Positions 40,616 to 56,235 of a DNA stretch of 64,000 nt are shown here, one piece after another; the stretch's first letter is position 1, and every line of letters begins with the position of its first letter. Source of the DNA: Euprymna scolopes (taxonomy: Eukaryota); assembly GCA_053919585.1 (NCBI GenBank), contig CM132783.1. One strand, 5' to 3'. The position numbers were made by a program, and so were the translations under genes. Below the pieces are notes generated by a model. That model was not told the origin of the DNA, did no database searches, and saw only the letters and a list, made by a program, of their open reading frames with translations.

Positions 40616-41753
40616 AGATAGATAGATATATACATGGATGTGTATGTACATGTATTTATGTGCGTATGTATATATATGTATGTGTATACATATATATATG
40701 CATATATGTATGTATGTGTTGATAAATGTGTATATGTGTGTGCATATGTGTGTATGTTTTCAAAGCACTTACATTTTCGTTAAGTGTAAATTTTCTTCAT
40801 ATTACTGCATATATATATATATATACGTATCTATGCATATATATATATGTGTATTTATCGCCTATGCCTCTTTTCCCGTCCCCCACTCTCTCTCTCCCTC
40901 CTTCTCCTTACATTCAGTTTTGTAGAATTGTGTATATTTGTATAACTGTCCCTATGTGTAAGTATATGCGAAAACATATATGTATGTGCATGTGTATTTG
41001 TTAGTGTATATATATATATATATGTGTGTGTATGTGCGTGTGTGTGCATGTGTTTATGTGTGTATGTATATATTATATGTGTGTACATGTGAGCATTTGT
41101 TTGTATACATTTTTGTATGCACATATCAATATATACATAAATGATAAAGGAGTTGTTCGTTTATGTCTTAAACAGTTCAATTTGGAAACGATGGGTTCGT
41201 TCTTTTTTCAAATGAGAAATAGCCGTGCATTTACAAAATCAATCCATAGCGTCTCTAATTTGATTTACAAATGAATCCATAGCGTATCTCCTTTTAACGT
41301 CATATAGACTTCGAATTCTTGTTTTCTCTTTGAATAAATAATATCGTTTAAATTAAAAATAGTTGATAGTTATCGACGCCGTTCGTCATGTTTATTTACT
41401 GTTTAATTTTTGTTTTTTTTTCTTTAATATCTGTGTGCGTGTTTATGTGCATGTGCTTATTTGCATGTGCTTCTGTATGCGTGTATGTGCTACTTATATG
41501 TAGTTGTATTTAAAACTGACGTCGCCTCTTTTAATTAATAATACGTCCTCCTCTTCCGTCATTTTTTCCATTCCCCCTTTTCCCGTGCAGTCGCATCACT
41601 TTTACTACACTGATAGAGACTGAAGGCTCGGTCGAAAAATACGTACTTATAAAAAAAAAGTTTTTAATTTTTAAAAAATATTATTTTGTATTCCTGGACT
41701 TCAGCAACAAAAAACGAATGAGGAAAAGTTATAAGCTTTTATACTTTTCGTAT

Positions 41754-41822
<69 letters not shown>

Positions 41823-41899
41823 TGTATATGAACGTGAATATGTTTATTCCATGGATTCTGCAATAATTAATCCGCATATATATATATCATAAAACAAGA

Positions 41900-43300
41900 T
41901 TGGTGGAATGATGTACACCCTAACAATTAAGCAATTGACTAGTTTACAAATGAGCAACCATGTGTTTCAATCTAGATTATAGGAAAATGTATCTACTGTA
42001 AATACAGAAAACACTTCAGCAAATACCTAACAAGGACGTTACAAGGACGAGACGTTGTTGGAAGGTTGCATTCATGTTGATTAAATGACACACCGTTTCC
42101 TTCATTATCGATTCGAGTCGCATACGACAAGTTATTCCTCTATCAAGTGAACAAGTATTGGCATTTGTTTCATTATGCAGCTAATAGTTAACACAACAAT
42201 GCTCTACGACACCGTTCGATCGATTATGTCCGACTTTATCAACATCCTAAGCAGCAAGGGTCATCTATAATGCAAACAGGCGCTTTCCGCCCGGATTGGG
42301 AAAGAACGAGAAAGGAAAAGAAAGAGTGAGTGGGAGAACGGATCGGGGAGAGAATGAGTTAAAGCCAGAGACATTCTGTCTGACTAAAGTTAAGTAAGCT
42401 ACGCTTGAATGACAATTAACACTTGACGTTCTATTTTCATTGGTAAATTTCTGCGCTCCTTCTTGTCTCGTGTTTGTCAGAGTAGATTAATTTCCGGTGT
42501 AGTTCTTTTCAGTTATTTATATTTTTTCGCATATTTCCTGGTACTAATCATATAGAAGTTTGAAAAGTTTGTAAATTTGGTGCCTTCTGTTAAATGAATA
42601 TGGATGGTTTTTACCCCGATGCATTAATATCTATGCAATAGCCAATCATGAACTGTGATCGGACATATCTCCAGTTTTCGAATAGTTTAATAAATAGAAA
42701 CTACTAGATATTTTTTAATATTAAACAAGAGACACTGCGACCTGGAAAGTCAAGATTTACTATAAGGTATCACATCCCTATGGAATTATGTGGGGAGTCT
42801 GGAAGCGAGATTTCCATTTGCATTATACTAACATTTCTGCATATTACTTCAGTCAGTGAATCAGTAAATAGGAAGGCAATGCCAAAGTTTAGTAATCCGT
42901 GGAGTGAACTTCTTAGTGTAGAAGCTTATATTTTTTAGTTTATTTGGAGCCAAAGTAAAACGATAGGACATTCATGCCTGACAGATTAGTCGATGGTATG
43001 TTCAGCGAGAAAGTACAACACTATGAATTCGCCAGAGAAATTCTATTAAAGTACTTCTTTAACAGGTACAGTGATGCTAAACTGTGGAGATTTGATATCG
43101 ATCGGTATTTGTTTCATAATTATACTTGGCACATGTGAGATTAGATATCATTTCCCTAAACTATAGAGACTAGCTTGTAGCTGTACCAACCCAGATTTGA
43201 CAATAAAGCATTCATAGAAGACTAGTCGATTTGTAGAAATATTAAAAATGTCAGCATATTTGAGGGAACCAAATTATTTGCAGCAGCTTTGGCAGCGGCC
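41900..43300 (+). pseudogene. Plus-strand cassette cluster
   Basis: atgcAG|LIVNTTMLYD..SKGHL*; PRCINIY; MELCGESGSEISIC; 43066-43208 ttaacAG|..SIGICFIIILGTCEIRYHFPKL*RLACSC (WSC-like). Confidence 0.5.
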
Positions 43301-44478
43301 TAAGTGTATTTGTTTCAATTAGTGGTTTATGTGTATATTAAGTCACATTAAACGCTAAGTTAATAGGCAGCGTGTTATTAGTTATATTTATCGATATCGA
43401 AGAAGCTTCAGTGTAATTGTTAAAGGGATAATCAGAGACTTACTATTATTAAATGTTACAATCAATTCATGGGAGCATTTGTATTTTTATTTTCCTGTTA
43501 TTACCTTGGATCAACAGACATATAGCCATTCTCATTAAATGAATCTAAAACCGATCTGCTTTCTTTTTATCTCTAAAGCTTTGCCTTAGTTAAATTAACT
43601 TATCTCGTTTCGATGAAACATTGTGCTTCGATAACATTCTTGGACACATAAATTGAACTGAAAGGCATAGAAAAGATATGTTGCCAAATTTTCCGGAACA
43701 ATGGCGGTAGATCGTTATATCCTTTCCGCAAGTATATCAATCCAGACCATATCCGCTTCCTCTACAAAAATTATATATAGCCTAGCGTGAAGTAATGTTG
43801 CCACATCCGAAGGGAGGCTCTTATGAGCGATTTATCCGATACACGCAATCGAATATAGTGGACCCTAGTATTTTCATTTCCGTTTACTTATTCCCACTAA
43901 AAATACGTTCTCAGCATAATGTTGCTAAATTGTCAATATTACGGTAAATGCTCGATCGAATTTTTATCAGTAGTCTCTCTCCGAAAAGCGCTCGTAACAA
44001 ATATTAGCCTGGATTACAAAATCACCAACAAAATCCCTAACTCTGTGTTTGTTTCTAAGACTACACGGGCAGTTAATCAACATACTTTCTCTCCTAGAAT
44101 TCTCAGACTGTGGAACGCAATACTGAGGGTCTGCTTCCCGACTGAATAAAACAGTTATTTTCAAGGTAATGATTCCATAAACCCATTAAAAACGTACCCC
44201 ATTTGCTGGAATGATTTGGTACTGACCACAGGTTAAAAACAAGAAGAAACCTAGCTGCTCATAATTCTTACCGAAATGTGAAGTTGAAACATTAGTTAAA
44301 GGAAAGCGGATCGTGTTTTTTCCCCTAGTTTCTTACAAAATTTTGTAAAATTATAGCTTATTCAATAAACTTCGTTTTCCTGACCTAAATTTTTGATGCT
44401 GCTTTACTTTTTGAAGCTTTTAGATTATCATCCCTTAACTAAGAGTATACTTCAAGGTAAGAGGGTTACCGACCATAC

Positions 44479-44538
<60 letters not shown>

Positions 44539-44997
44539 CCTTATATAAGATACTTAAGACATAGTACATATGTCGAGTCCAAAGGGCTAGTTTCTTAGCC
44601 TCAGAAGCCGATTGAGTGGTGTTGGTTGTTTACATGATAAAAAATATTATATATCCCTGTACTCCTTAATCTTGACCTTACTCCTGTATATTCTAATTGA
44701 TATTAATATTGTATTCCTGTAGCCCAGATATTTTATTCATTCTATGATCTAGTACCCCTTACGTTACTCTTTGCACGTATCGTGGAAGCAGGTGGTTATT
44801 TTCCGGTTATAAACCTTAAAAGGCCGACATTTAAAACTCGATACCAAACGTCTAAAGGTATCTTACAGATTCGCTAAAGGGTACAGGTATTTATTATAGC
44901 AAATGCAGTTATACTCAATATAGAATATTGAGTATACGTGCATTATCTATGAGATAAACTTTATCGATTACCTATCTCATCGTGTAACCTTTTAAAG

Positions 44998-45055
<58 letters not shown>

Positions 45056-45949
45056 AGTGGAAACTCTTTTTTCCTCCCCTTTATGTGGACCAACGTACTA
45101 ATGATTGTCATTACATGAAACATTGAATCTTAAGTTCGAAGCTAATTTTGAATCACATACTTATTCTTTATACTTCACTTTTTATCGTATTTAGTAATTT
45201 ACATGCACTATTTAATCGTCGTTTAACTCTAGTAGATACTAACTAAAATGCACACCTCATATTCATGTATAACACTGCTTGTGCATTCGTAAACACTTAT
45301 TCCATTATAATTCTATTATAAGAAGTGTAACGTCAAAACCGTTACAGATTATCTTTGATAATTTCTCAATTAATATTAACTACCCATGCGGTGGCATAGA
45401 AATGCCTAACTTTATAACCTTCGGTACTGATGGAACCATATATCTCGTGAGGTCATCTTTCTTCTAGAAGGATCACTCCGATGTTAAACCAGTGTCACTG
45501 CGTCTTGGTGTCGATCGGGGGAGAGAGGCCTCCTCAGTTCTGGTTACAAGCTTTATACAGCTAGTGATTGAATCAAATCACCGGATTGCAAACCTAAGTA
45601 GTACGAAGCCTCTACCTGTCGCCCGGCTTTCATACTGCTTAAGCTATTAGGTATATATCTTATTAGAGACGCCCAGGGATTTGTCTCGTTTCCTTGCTAG
45701 GACAATGAACGATGTTCTCCACAACCGCTTTATTCCCTTCCTCTAAAGGGGGCATCTTGATGGTGCTTGTTTTCCATATACGACACCATTATTCGACTTG
45801 GCCACTATGTCTTACATGTTTGAGGGTACGGTTATAATGTTTGTCTGACAGCTATATTTCGACTGACAGTACAGCTACTCTAAAATTTTGGTATCGCCTA
45901 GAGCGGCTGCTTTATCATCAGTTGCACATTATCGACAATGGATGTGGCG

Positions 45950-47740
45950 AAATGTTGCGCATGGTAAAGGAACACTTCACAAATCTCTTAACGTACTTCA
46001 CAGATATGTTAGAACTAAGTGAAACCAATTTGCACTCCTCTATCCCCTCTAACAATTTTAATATATCTGTGTATTTTCCATGTTTTCATAAGAATTCTGC
46101 TAAACACATGCACAGACTAAGTGTCTATATTCCTAACCCTCCCTCATGACTAGGGGCACTAAATTAGAATCGGGCGACAATAGATATATGAACTTTAGAC
46201 TTACTTTACAACATAGCGTAAGCTAATTATATTTTCCTTAATTTCTCCGTAAACCCGGGACTGCACTCTAATCAACACCTCTTTGGCTGCATAGATGTAA
46301 CATTTTCCCTAGATACTATTGCTAAATACATGTATTTCGTGACATTCATGTGCACCACAGTGATCAGTGTAGCTTCTATACTTGCAGCGACCTTGCTTAT
46401 AGCCTCACACATATCTTTTCTATATCCCATTCGTTAATTAAGAATGTAAGGTTCCCTGCCTTTTTCCATCTCCTCAGAACTGACAGTTCTCACTTATGAA
46501 CCTATTTCTGACCACAGTCTCTATGGTTGTGCAACAAATCGCAATTGATCTCTCGGAAGTGCTCTCTACACTGTGAAATTATAGAAATCATGTCGCAGTT
46601 GTATCCGACAAACGTTCAGTACAAATTGGACTTGCTTATAGGAGATTGTATTTATTGTAACAAAAACAGCGACGGTAAAGAAAGAATATACCGAAACTAC
46701 CAGAAAACGATTGAATCGCAAACACTCATAATTTATGATTAATGGAAAATCTATAACAGTGTAGTAAATAATAGGAAACATACGACTCCCCCACTATCCA
46801 GCAATCTTATGTTTTTACACGGTAACCGAGAAGGTTAACCTGCTTGCCCGTGGGTTTACATCCAACTCTACTTTTGACCCAGCAAATCATCCTCTAATAA
46901 ATTTTGTGGGGCCAGAAACCATACTAGATTGCTTGAAAATCACCCATTCTCAAGTGTATTGACACCTCAACATCATATGGTCCTAATCTCATCGCGGGTG
47001 TACTATTAAAAAATGCGCTGCTGACGTTGCCTCAATTGCTCTCCAAACCTTTTAATAAATGCCTTAACGAATCTTGTTTTTTCGACAGCTTGAACTCTTC
47101 TTCTGTGGTACCAGTTTACAAGAATTCTGGTTAAAGAACTGACCTATGAAATCATCATCCCATTACCCTTTTACCTCTTGTCACAAAAACCGTTCCGTCA
47201 ATCAATTAATTAAGTTAGTCAATCACTTCACAGCTGGTAAACATCTGTTCGACCAACAGTCTGGAGTAAGGCAAGCTTGTTATGCATTTATGATTGGTGT
47301 TAGATTTAGACTGGTGCCTCAGCTACGTCTCTCATTCTTAGATAGTGCATAAAAGAGAGTTTCCAAAGTAACAAGACCCACACTCTCAGTTAGGTTTCAG
47401 CATCTGTCCTATCCATGATTGTATACTTTTCAAGTATTTAAATGGTAGGTGTTCTTACTAACTTCAGGCACCTGGACCAGATCTACCTAAACACACCCGA
47501 CAAACCCGACAAGCAGCAAAATCCGACCATTATGTAGTAGAGAACTCCAGATGCAAGAAAGCCATTCACATTTATCTCTTCTTTACTAGGACTTTAGAAT
47601 ACCATGCCCCCTACTTGCTTCCTATACTTTACTGATATGCTGAAGTTCAAGTGTAATGTAAACAGACGTATTGTTACTTCGCTCTCTAGATAATATAGGT
47701 GCACAGTATGCCCCAGGTAGTAGCCACCTATATTAAAGTT
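45950..47740 (+). mobile_element. Old, heavily deleted CR1-like LINE (APE and RT remnants)
   Basis: LELSETNLHSSIPSNNFNISVYF...HMHRLSVYI (endonuclease N-terminus), then VVPVYKNSG and a 3' end resembling the other CR1 copies. Confidence 0.7.
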
Positions 47741-50389
47741 GAAATATGTTTTGTTTGAAGGTAAAAATATAATTGAAAAATGTAAATATATTCCTATTGA
47801 ATTGTCCTCTGAAAGAATCTTGCCTTATGTGATATTTCCTGGTCACCGGCAACCAGATATGATCTGGTTACTGGCAACCAGATGTGAAACCTCACTGATC
47901 CCTAATAAGGGACCTCCTCGTAACATACGGGGCAATTCCTCGGTCACGAACCTCAAGGTGACCTGTGTTCGTTCTTCGCAGAGAATTCTTCGCAAGAAAT
48001 TCTCTCGGTGCAGTAGGATTCGTAAATAGATTAGGCCGGAGTCGATTTCACATTCGGCCTGGTATGCCGCTGTCACACTGGAAGTGAATTGGTTTTATGC
48101 ACACAAAAGAAAGACAAACTATGATTTATCTATGCTACTTGGTTAATTCAAGTTAGATTTAAAAAAATATTATATACACTTATATGGTGAAAGAGAGGAA
48201 GAGAAAGGTGGCGACGACTTTTTGATTACTATTTAATTCACTCCAAACTACTGGTTTTGGCGCGGGGATTCGCTTATGTACGGGCGTATCGGGGTAGGTT
48301 CGCTTGCTTCTTAGACCAATCGCCAGTACGTACGTCATCCCAGGAGAATTCCCGACTCACTGCACGCACCTATGAATCTGCGAATGCTCTCTGTGTTTCT
48401 CAGGATCGCAAGTGGTTAACCCAGTTACCGCTCGTCTGTCATTTTGCTCAGAGACCAGACGTCCCTGAGATGGGGCTTGCTGGCATCAGAAACGAAATTA
48501 TATTTCATTATGTTTCTCAAAATGACATCAAATTGTCACTTTCACCAAACAATCACATTTATATGCCGATTTCATAAATTTAAAACTAAATGTAACTTTA
48601 ATTTTCCTAAAAGCAGGGTCGGTCGCCATTGCCCCGGCATATAATAATACTTAACAAATAACACAAGCAGATCTGCCCGGCATTTTCATGAGTTTCAGGA
48701 ATATCAAGCTACCCCAAATGGGGAGCCCTACCGCTTCTTCGACGTCCCGTCACACTTACACATATTCTTACCTGACTGAGCTTGCTGTCGTATTATCTAC
48801 CTCTTGCGTAGATCTTATCCCGGTCCGGTGCCTTGGATGTATTTGTGGTGGGCTACCCTGTAAAAAAAATATGAACTTGTGGCACAAACCTAGGATTGTT
48901 TTGGTATTACCCAAACGAATTCATATGTCAATCTATCATACTTATTTTGAATTCTATGGTTAGAAGTTTATACTCTCTGATTTATTACTAATAATAAGTC
49001 ATGGTTACATTGTCCTGGCGATAAAGTTTATAGATTATTATTTAATGTGCACTCTTATATGTTGAAACTTATTGGATATGATTGCGAAAGCCGTTTGTCA
49101 TTAATGCATCGCTAACAATAGTTATTAAGATTTACAGACTAAAAAAAATAACCTACTATTCTCTGTTAACGTATTTTTATAGTTTGTTTTTATGTTTCCT
49201 GACCGTTCATTAAGATTTTATAAACTGATGCTAGTGCCAAGATTTGCTTTTATTTTATGTAATTTATTATCGTCCAGTTAATATTGCTTTATGTGCTGGT
49301 GATATCTATCTATATTTCTCAATTATTCCATCGAATATTTCACGTGATTAGATAAGTTTCGAAGTACGTATCTTTGTTTTTGACTTCAAAGTTTTAGCTG
49401 TTTTCATCATTTCTAGATCCCGTTTGCTTTTGATTATATTTTTTCAGGGCCATTATTCGACTTTTCTCTGAAGACAAATAGATCTGAAATATTATAAAGT
49501 ATATTTTCCATATTAATTATTAATTATTAATATTATACAGTATATTTTCGATAATAATTATTTCTTTGTGTCTCTGGACTTCGTCTTCAATACACTGTCT
49601 TTCTTTTTTGTTGCTTCATTTTCTTCGTCTTATCGAAATTACTGCAGACATTTAAATGAAGTCAGGCTCTCCTCAAACTGCGTTTTGAAGAGTTTTGTCT
49701 GTTGCCAGAATGTTTCTTCAGGCCTAGCCAGCATGGCTTTCAAATTTCTCATTAAGAAAACGCATTTATGGTATTCAATATTAGACTTCGAGTTGTAATC
49801 ATTTAAATACGGAGAGTGGTACACTCGTATGTGAAAAAGAAACAGGTTTCGATGAGGAAAGCACATTTGCAGACACCCCATCTACGCTTGATCTTTGTCT
49901 GGATATTATCAGCAGTAGTGAATTGCCCCAGGGTATGAGATTATCCGATTGGTAATTTAGATGTATTTCTGCATCACATGTCATATACACTCACGTGTAA
50001 TTTTTCCTTGAATATTTAAAATAAATTTCTTCCAAACACATGGAAAAATAATATCTAAACGTTGTTGGTTTGTCTCCGTATTTTGTCATATTTCCGTGGG
50101 CACACATTTATAAGCCTACTAGACATTATCCTCGAGTGTGTAAGGTTTCCCCCTACACGATTCTTTCAAAAGAATCTGACATAAGGATACTTTTCTCTAC
50201 AACTAAACCGTAAATAAGTATTGACAATCATATAGTATGTGCAGGCCAAATTATGTCTACTCATTATGGCTTCTACGAGAAATGGAGTCCCTTCTCCCAG
50301 TTAGGTTAAGTTTAGAAACAGTATAATATTTTAGCTCAAGAAAACCGCCGAATACCTGGAAGATTATATCTACGATCGTTGGTGTTTTT

Positions 50390-50900
50390 GAAAAAGAGAT
50401 TGATAGAAAATGTGTATTGATACTATTCAGATAAAAAGCAAATATTTATATTAAAAGCGGATCGGAAATGTTAGCGTTAAGAAGAAGAAACATAAACATT
50501 AGATAGATAAACATAATATGTGGCAAAGATGGATCAGCTGATATGATTATTGGGGTACGTGTATTGATGACGTAATTAGATGGAGGATACTTTTAAATAC
50601 ACGTCAATTTTAGTCATTCGAGAGAAAGAGTTGAAATTTGATAGGAGATGAGTCTATTAGCCTCCGGTCTGTACGCAAAACTGTCCATCGAATGATAGTC
50701 AGAATTATTGATTAATACAGGCGAACAGCTTTCCAAGTGGGAAAACATTTTGGGAATAAAAGATGCTGAAACTACAAAATATGACTTTTGTTCGTTTTCT
50801 TAGAATAAATCGTCATTACAGCTTGCAGATTCCTGAAATAAAACTCAAAGTTGGACAATTGATTTGCCACTATTGGGAATATGTAAAACCCCACAGAACT
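50390..50900 (+). pseudogene. Plus-strand cassettes
   Basis: IDRKCVLILFR*KANIYIKSGSEML; YDYWG; QNMTFVRF...CHYWEY. Confidence 0.35.
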
Positions 50901-51104
50901 GTGTATTGCCTATTTGTATTTTCTATTTTTCTTACTTTTCTATATTCCCTGTTAAACAAATTACATACACGCATCAATCTGAGAAAAATAAAGAAGGTAG
51001 ACATTTACAAACACTAATCAATCTCGAATAGATTAATCGTTATATACAGCCAAAGCCAAGTGTATATTAACGCAACGAATATTACTAGACGGGCACAGAT
51101 ACAC

Positions 51105-51172
<68 letters not shown>

Positions 51173-52952
51173 TCGCTATATGCACATATGCTCTTAAATT
51201 GGTTTAAAATACTCTGTTATATACGTCTTATTCCTTTGCACCGCCGACTATGAAAGGAAAATAAAAAGTTAATACGCCAGGAAAGTTCATAGTTATCTTT
51301 CCTGGCATGATTAGATCATGTGACCAGAAATGATATATACTATAACATATTTGAATATTCAATAAAGCTGATGGAAAATCATTGTCTCAACGTCATTTCT
51401 AACTCAGTATTTGAGATATTAATTAAATGTAAATAGGATATATAAATAAGTATGCCTCCAAAGTTTAGCCACAGGAAGGAGGCACCCTGATTTTATAAGA
51501 ACTTCGACTGACTAGAAATTAAACATTAACGAATCACGAGTATATTCTCTCGCTTCAAGTGATAACTATACCATTTTGCCTTTACATCCAAAATATATAC
51601 TTTACCACTGCTTTGCTACCGTTTAGTTTAATTATAAGATGCTCTGATCGGAATTCCACATGCAATTATGTTTAGCAAATTTGAACGAAAACACTTTAAT
51701 GATATGAGACTTTATATAATGCAGCTTTTTATTTGATATCCGTTAATAACTCTATGCTTACACCTATAAAGCCTTATATAAAACCAACTTAAACGGTGAA
51801 CATTAAAAGGCAATTAATTTATTTCTTTTTGTTTGGCTTGTGGCTATAATATTATTTTAAAAGTCATACAATATAGTAACAAAAAGTTTTAATTTGTGCC
51901 TTGAGTAAAACGAATTCCTTAGTTTTTATTAAGGATTCTGTTTTACTCGAGGTACAGATTGCAACTCGTTTTTAAAACGTGGAGAAATTAAACACAGTTA
52001 TGAATACTTGTGACGATTATCATATAATAAAGTTATACTAGTAAACCTGCCGCGTAACTTCCTCGACATCACTTTTACACATATGATTCAAAAACATCTC
52101 TTCACAAAAGACCAGCTTAATTTATTATGCAAGTCAGTGTTTACCATAAGTATATAAATAAGCAAAATTATATATATATAATTATATATATATATATATA
52201 TATATGAGGGTGTATATTCGTGTGTAAATATGCAACTGATTAATTGTTAAACTACAGGTCACAGTTCACAGGTCACATAACACTGAAATTAACAGTAATC
52301 GTTATTTTACAACAAATATCGTCTATAACCAATAAAAGCTTTGTTTAGATGCTACACTTCAATTCATTATATCAATAATTTTATCAATAATAATAATTTA
52401 TTTAATATGTCATACGTCTAACTTCTTATAACTACATAGATGGTAGCCGACGTTCAAATTAAGCTGATGAAACTCAAGTCAATATTTTAAACATTTGAAA
52501 TCAATTCTATATATATGGTACATTATAAACAATGGTTTTCTATGTATATAAATAACTCAGTTGATGTATGTGTGTGTATTTGTTTTTCTATCTGTAAATA
52601 TTTAACCAAATAAGCTGTAAAACTACTAGTCACATAGCACTGAAATTAAACTGGAAGTATTAATGATACATCAATATTGGGTTATACCAAGTAAGATCCT
52701 AGTTTGAATTAATTGCGCACAGTCACGTATCGCCTACTTCAGACAGCGGTAAATGATTTAGTTTTTATTCTGTGTGAAGGCGTTCAGGATAGTTTTTAAC
52801 TTTTGACATAATTACTGTATAGTAGTTACAATATAACATTCAATAGAGAGTTGGCTCTGTAATAATATAGTCGAAATTTGCATTTAAAAATATATTTAAG
52901 AGTATGTTATCCACATAAATTAAAAAAAACTTGCACGTGTGCGTCAGTCTAC

Positions 52953-55050
52953 CTATACAAATGAGACATTATATCTCTATGCGTGTATCTGGCTGTCTGT
53001 GTGTTACTATTTAACCGACAATCTCTTAAACTACACGTCACATCGCACTGGAATACTTTCAGGTGTAATAAACTATTTAGCGCGGTAGAGAGAGCTAACC
53101 ATCCTCCGAGCTGCCCTGGCAATGCTCTCAATGGACCTGTGTCAATTTGTGTTCCTGTAAACGTAATGCCGAGGATAGTTTCAGGTAATGTATCTATAGC
53201 TATCAGATAATTACAANNNNNNNNNNNNNNNNNNNNNNNNNNNNNNNNNNNNNNNNNNNNNNNNNNNNNNNNNNNNNNNNNNNNNNNNNNNNNNNNNNNN
53301 NNNNNNNNNNNNNNNNNNNNNNNNNNNNNNNNNNNNNNNNNNNNNNNNNNNNNNNNNNNNNNNNNNNNNNNNNNNAAAGAGTAATCAAAATTGAACATTC
53401 CAATGAATAGATAGTAGACACACGTTTCCCCCTATTGGAAACATTTCAAATGAACTTCGAAAAGGTTATTTTTACATCCCCGACACATTTTGAAAATAAT
53501 TTCCGAAGAGGACGCTTCAGAGAACGTCTGAAACGCGTTAAAAACGATTTCAATGATTTAAAAACATTATTACAATGATCGAAACAATTCTCAATCAATA
53601 ACCAAGACACGGAATGATAAAAAAATGTTAAAAATACACATTGTNNNNNNNNNNNNNNNNNNNNNNNNNNNNNNNNNNNNNNNNNNNNNNNNNNNNNNNN
53701 NNNNNNNNNNNNNNNNNNNNNNNNNNNNNNNNNNNNNNNNNNNNNNNNNNNNNNNNNNNNNNNNNNNNNNNNNNNNNNNNNNNNNNNNTTGTATTTTGAG
53801 TTTACAGTCTGAATCGATCACCATTTAATTTTGTAATTTAAAATACTGGTCTATTTCTTGACTTGTTCGTGTGCTTGGCTTTCCTTTTTATCATCACGCA
53901 AACGTCTACGATTGTGTTGCAATTTTCTCGGTTTGTTTTCATTTATTTTCTTAATACAATTCGACACTATTTTCTCTCCATGTTTTTACCATTTCCGTGT
54001 TGTTAATATTTTGTGTCTATGTATAGGCTAAGATTTAAATAAAAATATTCTTCAAGACACTTTTTACTAGATTGGGGGCATCAACTTGCATACATATCCT
54101 TAAAATCAAACAACGTAATCGATAAGAGAACTTCTAGTTTACAACCCAGCCCTTCTCGATGAAATTATCTGTTTATGCTTGTAAACTACTAAAACGCACA
54201 AACAGTAATTAGAGGTGTTGTTTTCAATTTAATTCCTGATTATCGTCTCCATATGTTTGTGACATTTTATTTGTTCTACTTCTATGTTTAATTGAAGCCA
54301 ATAACTCATGTATATAATACACATAACTTGCTGGCGGTTAAACGCATTTAAGAAAGACATGTTCGTTTTTACAGGGAGAGGCCAAATATGTTTTATTTCG
54401 AAGATATGCGGAAGTTTGTTTATACTTAATTTTATAAAACTTAATTCATGAAAATTACCATTAAAAGTTGTTGATAAATGGGCCAGTCTTGTTGGAATTT
54501 CTTTGAGATTTTTCAATCGGCACATTAGCTCAACTTGTTTTCCCCTCACACTGCTGAAAACTGTATCGAATACATGATACATCATCAATTTCTTCTTATA
54601 TGAAATCTAAACTTTCTGCTAATATTTTGATTACACTCTCCGTAACTGGCCTATACACAGACAGACAAAACATAATTATTCCGAATTCTGATTCATTAAT
54701 AATAACGACTGCCTTGACATATTCGGCCTATTCTGATTGGCTGAAACCTGATAATTCTTCTGTTCCGGGATGAAAATATTTCCTACATAAACGAACACTT
54801 CAAAAACTGTACAATATGGTGTCGCTCTCTACAAGAGACAAGAGTGTAAAAAACAAATACACCTATATTAACCGCTCCTAAACAGACAATTAAATACTTG
54901 TAACCTTTATTATTGAAATACGTGCGCAATTGAAAATATGTATACATAACATCTTTTTCGTCACAAAAATGGTTTGGGAATGTTAACAGGTACAAAATAC
55001 CAATCCTACACTCTCCTGCCCCCTCCAAATAAAACCATCCTTGAGAATAC
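52953..55050 (-). pseudogene. Dense minus-strand cassette cluster including masked blocks 53217-53375 and 53645-53788
   Basis: GAGECRIGIL..NHFCDEKD; 54787-54904 IVCLGAVNIG..LVSCRERHH..FLKC (open, AG/GT); QCEGKTS*AN; KTNMSFLNAFNR..SYWLQL; ttcAG|DCKLKIQ into mask; 53424-53527 KMCRGCKNNLFEVHLKCF; GGWLALSTALNSLLHLKVFQCDVTCSLRDC..|GTagac. Confidence 0.55.
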
Positions 55051-55359
55051 AATTTCTGGTAACATTATTGCTTTTCTTTCGGTTTTGCAGCGATTATCTT
55101 CTTTTACAGAATGCTATACTTGTATTGTTTTTCTTGTTGCTTTTTGTTGGCATTCCCTATTTCTGTGGACTATTTGATTTACTTTTAAATTTTTCACCGA
55201 TAATTTCGGTTTTAGTTTTAACGTAAATTCATTGACCGCGGAATATTGTGTTTTTATCAATTTTGCTTTGTGTGGATTATTTTATATGATTTTCTTTTCC
55301 GGACTTAATCGAAACAACACGCGTTCACATTTTTGTTTCATTTTTGGGGTCGATTAACA

Positions 55360-56235
55360 TGAAGAGGATTGAGGTGTCTATTCCTAAATACGTTCTTAAC
55401 GGTGGTGTCTATTCCGAAAGATGTGGAGGTTGGGAGTATTTATCCTGCAAGCCGTTCTTAACATGATATTACGCAAGGAAGTCGAAACAGTCGTAATTGT
55501 TGTACACATTAAAAAAAGAGACGTGAAACTAGAATTTTATTTACAGTTGATGGAATATTTGAAACGAAAAGGGAAGACTTGAACAAAAAACAAAAAAAAA
55601 CAGCTAGGGCTGCTACTACTAAGTACGATTACACTAAATGGTTAATATATTGTTGAGAATTCCTAACATCGACAATGTATGTTTTCAATTTCTATTATTA
55701 TTCTAATGTAGCATTTATCGTAATTGTAATAATTCATACTGATTTACGAATTTCCTTAATTGCTGTATGTGAATATAACAATCCCCTCAGGATATATCCC
55801 ACATCCAGAATTAACCGCCATGGAAGCCAGATTATTTCATTTCGGCCAGGATCGCCAGACCTCGCAATTGTTTAGAGACGGCAGTGGCAACGAACAACAA
55901 GCGTAGTTTAATTTTTTACGAGGAGGTGATACTTCAACCGGATAACTGTGGTGTACAGGTTCTGCTATTAAATAACAATCATTATTTTATACCTACGCTA
56001 ATACTGTTCCATTCTTATGAACCATCGGTGTAAGATGAAAATTAATGCCGTTTGCGAGATTCGAACACAGCCACGAACCCACAGTTGACGCCATTTGATA
56101 AGCCTCTACTCTTTGACCATCAAACTATTGCACGAGCTTGAAGGTTATAAAGAAGTAACAATTCCGGTGCGGACATTAGATAATTCATAGAGTTCGAACG
56201 ACATGTGGACTAGCATAACACAGAGTTGAGTGTCT
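55360..56235 (+). pseudogene. Plus-strand cassettes
   Basis: GLRCLFLN / ERCGGWEYLSCKPFL; RRQWQR; SNDMWTSIT. Confidence 0.4.

Noticed and set aside
54229-54588. LRR/TLR-like reading (LKNLKEIPTRL, LSINKLP)
   Set aside because: No repeating LxxLxLxxN period; the region parses better as two lectin N-half cassettes.
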